Shown in pieces: positions 27,290-32,000 of a stretch of DNA of 32,000 nucleotides. The notes beneath the pieces are model-generated. The model made no database searches, was not told the DNA's origin, and worked only from the letters and a program-made list of their open reading frames with translations. Source of the DNA: an uncultured delta proteobacterium. GTDB taxonomy: Bacteria; Desulfobacterota; Binatia; UBA9968. A program made the position numbers and the translations under genes. Location: positions 51,759 to 83,758 of the forward strand of contig CAWDPO010000011.1 in assembly GCA_963804165.1 (NCBI GenBank), given 5' to 3'. Each line of letters opens with the position of its first letter. Positions within the stretch are counted from its first letter, which is position 1.

Positions 27290-28732
27290 ATGCTTAAGCA
27301 AGACTCTCGAAGTGTGGACCTGCTTTACGAGCGAGTCGCGGATCACATCACCCAGCTTATCGAAAGGGCACTTTGCACGCAGGTGAGCGGCTTCCATCGA
27401 TCCGTAAACTGAGCTCGCAGATGGACGTCAGCATTTCCACGGTGCTCCAGGCCTACATGACTCTCGAAGATAGGAACTGGATCGAGGCCAAACCGCAATC
27501 GGGATTTTACGTGAGGCCAGCGCGCAATCTTCCGCCTGAGCCGAAGGCATCGACCCCGTCACCGCTTGTCACGCGCGTCGGCGTGAGCGAGCTCGTCGCG
27601 CAGGTTTTTCAGTCCGCGCATGACCCGGAGATGATTCAACTGGCGCTATCCACGCCAAGCCCGGATCATCTTCCGGTCAAAAGATTGAACCGACTGATGG
27701 CCGCCGCCACGGCGAGGTCGGGCGCCCGCGCCTTGAGTTACGATTTTCCTCCCGGCTACGCCCCGCTCAGACATGAGATTGCCAAGCGGTCGATCGACTG
27801 CAGGATGCCGGCTCTCCGAAAATGAGATCGTCACGACCCATGGAACGATGGAGGCGCTGAATCTCTGCCTTCGCGCAGTTGCGAAGGCGGGTGATATCGT
27901 TGCGATCGAATCGCCCGCGTTCTACGGAACCTTACAAATTATCGAAAGCCTCGGAATGAAGGCGTTGGAGATCCCTGCCGATCCGAGGGATGGAATTATT
28001 CTCGATGCCTTGGCTTCGGCAATTCGGCGACAAAAGGTTAAAGCCTGCCTGTTCGTTCTGAATTTCAGCAATCCCCTGGGGAGTTGCATGCCGGACGCCA
28101 ACAAGAAGGAGTTGGTCGAATTACTCGCGCGGCGTGAAATTCCGCTGATCGAAGACGACATCTACGGTGACTTGTGTTTTGGCTCGGTTCGACCCAGAAC
28201 TGCAAAAGCCTACGACAAACAAGGACTCGTGCTTTTGTGCTCTTCGTTCTCGAAGACCCTGGCTCCGGGATATCGGGTTGGCTGGACGGCGCCGGGCCGG
28301 TTCAAGCCGCAAGTCGAAAGCCTCAAGTTTACGAGCTCCATGGCGACCGTCACTGCGCCACAGATGGCGATCGCGGATTTTTTGCAAAGCGGCGGCTACG
28401 ATCGTTACCTGAGAAAGCTTCGCCGGATCCTAATGGCCCAAGTTCAGCAGATGAGCAATGCCGTTGGCCGATACTTTCCCGCCGGTACGAAAGTCACGAG
28501 ACCGCAAGGCGGATATGTTCTCTGGGTCGAACTGCCGCGATCTGTCGATTCGCTCGACTTGCATCGCCGAGCGTTACAGCAAAAGATCAGCATCGCACCC
28601 GGCCCGATCTTTTCCGCCAAGCAGAAATATAAGAACTTTATTCGGCTAAGTTGCGGTCTGCCGTGGTCGGACAAGATCGATCGAGCGGTTCAAACTCTAG
28701 CGGAGTTGGCGCGGAAGTCTGATTCTTCGTAG
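27290..28732 (+). pseudogene. MocR-type regulator (GntR winged-HTH plus class-I aminotransferase-like domain) with two frame breaks
   Basis: MLKQDSRSVDLLYERVADHITQLIER | LHAGERLPSIRKLSSQMDVSISTVLQAYMTLEDRNWIEAKPQSGFYV (break near 27366, one base missing in a G run). ...LRHEIAKRSID | AGCRLSENEIVTTHGTMEAL... (break near 27799, one extra t). The rest is a complete aminotransferase fold with SSFSKTLAPGYRVGW. Confidence 0.8.
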
Positions 28733-28832
28733 AGCACGGTAGGTAGATGACAGGCTCTCGATGGTCGTCTTGATCGAAAAGCAATCTGGTTCGCGCACGG
28801 ACCATTTTTTCCCGCGTTTTTGCCGTGCGGAC

Positions 28833-29087
28833 TCAGTTGTTTCTATAGGCTAAGACTTTCTCAAGCACAGGGTCTCGTCCAGCGAAATAGTCGGTAGCCG
28901 TAACCTGCACAGGAATGTCTCGGACGAGGGTGGGCGGGTCGTTTTGAATTCGCTTGAAGTGCTGTGTCGAATAAGAAACGGATATGCCTGAATTTGGCAA
29001 TGTGAAGTGTCTGTAGTCACCATACATATTTGGTCGAGATCCTGTCGGTTCGCCAATGGCTAGACTGGCATAGAAGTAACGCTTCAT
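28833..29087 (-). pseudogene. 3' fragment resembling the C-terminal ~80 aa of an S41-family peptidase
   Basis: ...AIGEPTGSRPNMYGD.RHFTLPNSGISVSYSTQHF...DIPVQVTATDYFAGRDPVLEKVL resembles the S41 C-terminal region. A stop lies 7 codons upstream of the Met and the catalytic region is absent. GC is lower than the surroundings by eye. Confidence 0.5.
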
Positions 29088-29242
29088 TCTGTGTGGAATT
29101 TTGCCCTAGGAAGGTTTCGCTTTACGGTCGTAATGACGAACATTGGAGTGTCCGTCCATGGGCTTGTGTGGCGTTGCCGAATTGGGAAAAGGTGTTCGCA
29201 ATCACAGGCCAAATTTGGTTTGAAAGGCATTTGGCAGGTGTT

Positions 29243-29706
29243 CTACCTTTGTTGCCGTCTAGTTTTCTCTAAGAGCTTGATATCTCCAAGATCCTTGTTT
29301 CGGTTGGCGGCGCGTTTATTCTTGATTAGAAGATCTCGGCTAATAATGTAAACCGAAACTTCTGATATACTTCCGTGCTCCCGGCTATCCCAGGCATCCT
29401 CAAAGCTAACTCCGCTGATTCCTGTCAGTATGTCGATACGATTGGGCTCCCGCCCGAGTTGAATAACATGATCCACTTGCAGGAAATCGGTTCGTGTGAT
29501 GCCGGTCTGTCCGAAGCCGAAGGCTTCGATGACTTCCATCAATCTTTCGGCATTAGTGTCTTCCCGGAAACAAAGATATCAAGGTCGCCGGTATAACGCG
29601 GGCGGCCGTGAAAAGCCACGGCCCAGGCGCCGACGATCACGTACTTAACACTCTTGGTGTTGAGTAAGCGGATGAATTCGCGCAGATCGCTCGACAACGG
29701 CCGCAT
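29243..29706 (-). pseudogene. Small nucleotidyltransferase-fold protein (toxin-antitoxin-associated type) with one frame break
   Basis: MRPLSSDLREFIRLLNTKSVKYVIVGAWAVAFHGRPRYTGDLDIFV | REDTNAERLMEVIEAFGFGQ...VIQLGREPNRIDILTGISGVSFEDAW...LIKNKRAANRNKDLGDIKLLE. The break is near 29563-29570 (one base missing). Confidence 0.65.
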
Positions 29707-29836
29707 CAGGGTTCTCGGGCATGATCAATTCAAGGAGGATTTGGAGCTTCTCATTTCCGGAGAGCATCCGGTAATACTCACAGTCGGCATCATCGGCTTC
29801 ATCAAATGAGTCGAATTTTCGGACGACGATTTCCAT
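29645..29836 (-). CDS. Small partner protein (63 aa, antitoxin-like) upstream of and overlapping the nucleotidyltransferase gene
   Basis: MEIVVRKFDSFDEADDADCEYYRMLSGNEKLQILLELI... is the pattern I recall for the small proteins paired with this nucleotidyltransferase family. The true start is the ATG at 29836, inside the listed 105-aa ORF. Confidence 0.45.
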   Translation of the reverse strand: MEIVVRKFDSFDEADDADCEYYRMLSGNEKLQILLELIMPENPDAAVVERSARIHPLTQHQEC

Positions 29837-29975
29837 GAAATTTCCGCGTGTACCGCTTCGAATGGCCTTTAGGATAGCACACTCGTCAGACAATCGACAG
29901 TCGCGTCGCGTCAACCCACCCGGTAATTCAAATGCTGCCACGAGCAGGTTAGGCCCGAACAAATTACCGACCGAC

Positions 29976-30660
29976 CTAGTTCACCGCGAAGCAGTAAAAC
30001 AAACCGTTTCCACCTGAGCTGCGCAACCCTTCTTGGCTGCATCCGCCGCTGGCATCTGTCCCGCGGGATGGGTGAGACGAGTTCCACGATTTGGAAGATT
30101 CGCCCTCGCCGCGTCCTTGGCGGTCGTGGTGACCGAGCATCGCCGAGCCTGTGGTGCTGCTCGTCCAGTTGCGGCAGGTTCTGTCCTCACTCGCCGGAGA
30201 AGGCACGGCCGTCGGGTTGAGAGCCGGTGAGTATATCGTGCATGTTCGGCTTGTCGCCGCGCGCGTTGATGGTTTCACCTTTCTCGCTAAGGGCGTTTTC
30301 TTTGTTGATCTTATTGTTGTTGCTGTGCAGATCATCGACGTCTTTGGCGATGACGACGCCTTTGGCGTTTTGCCAGGGACCTTTGCCGATGCGATCACGG
30401 GCGTTGACGGCGGGCTTGCCATCGGCTGCGCTGGTGCTCAAGTAGGCGTGCCAGGTGCGGTTGCCGGCACCGGCCGCTTGCGCAAGCGCTTGACAATGTT
30501 TGTCCGCGCCGGCCAAGCCGCCGAGATCGGCGCCCTTTCCGGAACCGGCGCTGGTGATGAAAAACGTCATGCTGCCTTTTTGTTCCTGCGAGCTGGCGAC
30601 CCAGCTTAGCGAAAGCAGCACCAGCAGAACGGCCAGTGACATCCAGACTTTGTTTTTCAT
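29976..30660 (-). pseudogene. Secreted endostatin/C-type-lectin-like (DUF1554-like) protein with one frame break
   Basis: Signal peptide, then FFITSAGSGKGADLGGLAGADKHCQALAQAAG..TWHAYLST...DILTGSQPDGRAFSGE | EDRTCRNWTSSTTGSAMLGHHDR...SWNSSHPSRG...GGCSQEGLRSSGGNGLFYCFAVN. One extra base near 30187 creates the apparent stop. Confidence 0.6.
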
Positions 30661-30969
30661 GCTTTCCTCCTTGATTGAGCTCGTGCGGGCATGACTCCCA
30701 TCGTTTGGCGGACGATTCTATATCACACGAGCCGTGGGCGAGTGAAGATGGAGATAGAAAGAATGGCGCAAGGTCAGATAGAGCGGGAAACTCGTGGCGC
30801 ACCTTAATTCATATTTGCCCGTCTTGGATATCGGCGACTACGGTCTGGTTAGGTGATAGTGTGCTCAGATATGACTCGTGATAAGTTGACGCTCGCTTCG
30901 GTGATTTGTTAAACGGATGTCAGCTACCATCGGACTTTGAAAGTCGACGCGACAAATAGGAATCGAGCC

Positions 30970-32000
30970 ATGAGTCGAATCGTTCAATATATTTTCGGGT
31001 GCTTTACTTTTTTGATTTTCCTCTTTACGGGCGTGTCGCCGTCGGTTTTCGCAGCGACCATCGCCGAAGTCGCGGCCAAAGTAAAATCGCTCAAGCCGCA
31101 AGAACAGACTCAACTATCTTTTCAAGGGCGCGCAGGCCGAAGGAGAATTGGTTTACTACGGCACGCTGCCGATCGACGAGTTTTTGCCGCTCGCGCGCGT
31201 TTTCAACTCTCGCTATCGGTCGATTGCGCTGCAGCATTACTTTTCACCGCGCGATGGCATACTCAGCCGCACTTTGACCGAGGCGCGGGCGGGACGCCAC
31301 GCGGTCGATGTGATTCAGGTCGACCTGAGTTACGGTTATCAATTGCTGACCGCCAATCTGGTACAGCCCTATGCGGTCCCCGGTGCGAAACGTTTTTACG
31401 AGGGCACTTACGATCCGGAGGGTTACTGGCACAGCATGTACTATTTGACCACAGCGCTGATTTACAACACCAACGCCGTCAAGCCGGAACAGGCGCCGAA
31501 AAGCTATGACGAGCTACTTAGCTCCGCTTGGAAAGGCAAGATGCTATTCGATCCGGAGGCGGGCTATATTCTGGCGGCTCTGGAAGAAAGCTGGGGGCGA
31601 GAAAAGGCAGTCGCTTACTTGTCGAAGCTTGCCAAACAAGACTTGAGCTATCGACGCGGCGGCACACTGACGACACAAGTGGTGACCTCGGGCGAATATC
31701 CTCTCGGCATCGCGATCAACGGTGAAACTTCGGCGGCGATTCGCGAGAAGGGAGCTCCGCTGGGATTCAAAGTGCTGGCACCGACCATCGTCAAACCTGA
31801 AGGGCTGTTCTCGGCGAAGAACGCGCCCCATCCGCACGCCGCTTTGCTCTTTGTCGATTGGGTGCTCTCGGATGAAGCTCAGTCTTTTCTGGCGACGACG
31901 TTGGGCAAAGGCAGCGCGATGAAAGGGGTGCGCAGCAAGTTTAAGGATTTTCAAGTCAAGCCGGACTTCGTCGTGAGCCCCAAGCTCGGCGCCAATCTGC
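30970..32000 (+). pseudogene. ABC transporter periplasmic substrate-binding protein (family 1, iron(III)/polyamine-like); frame break after the signal peptide; 3' end outside the window
   Basis: MSRIVQYIFGCFTFLIFLFTGVSPSVFAATIAEVAAKVKSLKPQE | RLNYLFKGAQAEGELVYYGTLPIDEF... The second frame is open from 31085 to the window end, and is missing from the ORF track because it has no stop. One extra base near 31105. Confidence 0.8.

Overview
GC-rich bacterial chromosomal window, probably from a metagenome or draft assembly; I cannot assign a taxon. It holds about 35 genes on both strands. No rRNA, tRNA or CRISPR array was recognised.

Gene content, left to right:
- A GrdE-like/GrdB-like reductase pair. 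The GrdB-like gene is split in the ORF track by an in-frame TGA at exactly the selenocysteine position, with a hairpin just downstream.
- A frameshifted bicupin.
- A decayed fragment of an enolase-superfamily gene whose intact paralog lies 2.4 kb away.
- A secreted FN3 protein with two lectin-like repeats.
- A mandelate racemase/muconate lactonizing enzyme (MR/MLE) family gene and a UbiD-family decarboxylase, separated by 13 phased 9-bp repeat units.
- A truncated REP-associated tyrosine transposase (RAYT) with REP-like hairpins.
- A heavily frame-broken block: a dehydrogenase remnant, a beta-propeller-cupredoxin fusion and an extracytoplasmic-function (ECF) sigma factor, followed by an anti-sigma factor.
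- A membrane-lipid-type cluster: PAP2 phosphatase, PEMT-like methyltransferase, a tri-domain membrane aminotransferase fusion, a GT4 glycosyltransferase and a divergent glycerophosphodiesterase.
- A lipoprotein, tctA-tctB-tctC, a pyruvoyl arginine decarboxylase, a histidine phosphatase and an Asp/Glu racemase.
- A frameshifted MocR regulator, a lower-GC islet of gene fragments with a toxin-antitoxin-like pair, a secreted endostatin-like protein and an ABC substrate-binding protein.

Most interesting observations:
1. The recoded, non-canonical GrdB/GrdE-like pair.
2. A possible second small selenoprotein (DxxCxxU) in the PAP2/PEMT gap.
3. The uncharacterised lipid cluster.
4. Sixteen single-base frame breaks, strongly clustered and mostly 'one extra base'. 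This looks more like local assembly error than natural decay and must be resolved before any pseudogene call.
5. Two families of small repeats: a MITE-like element in two copies, and REP/RAYT.

All homology statements come from my memory of protein families, not from searches.
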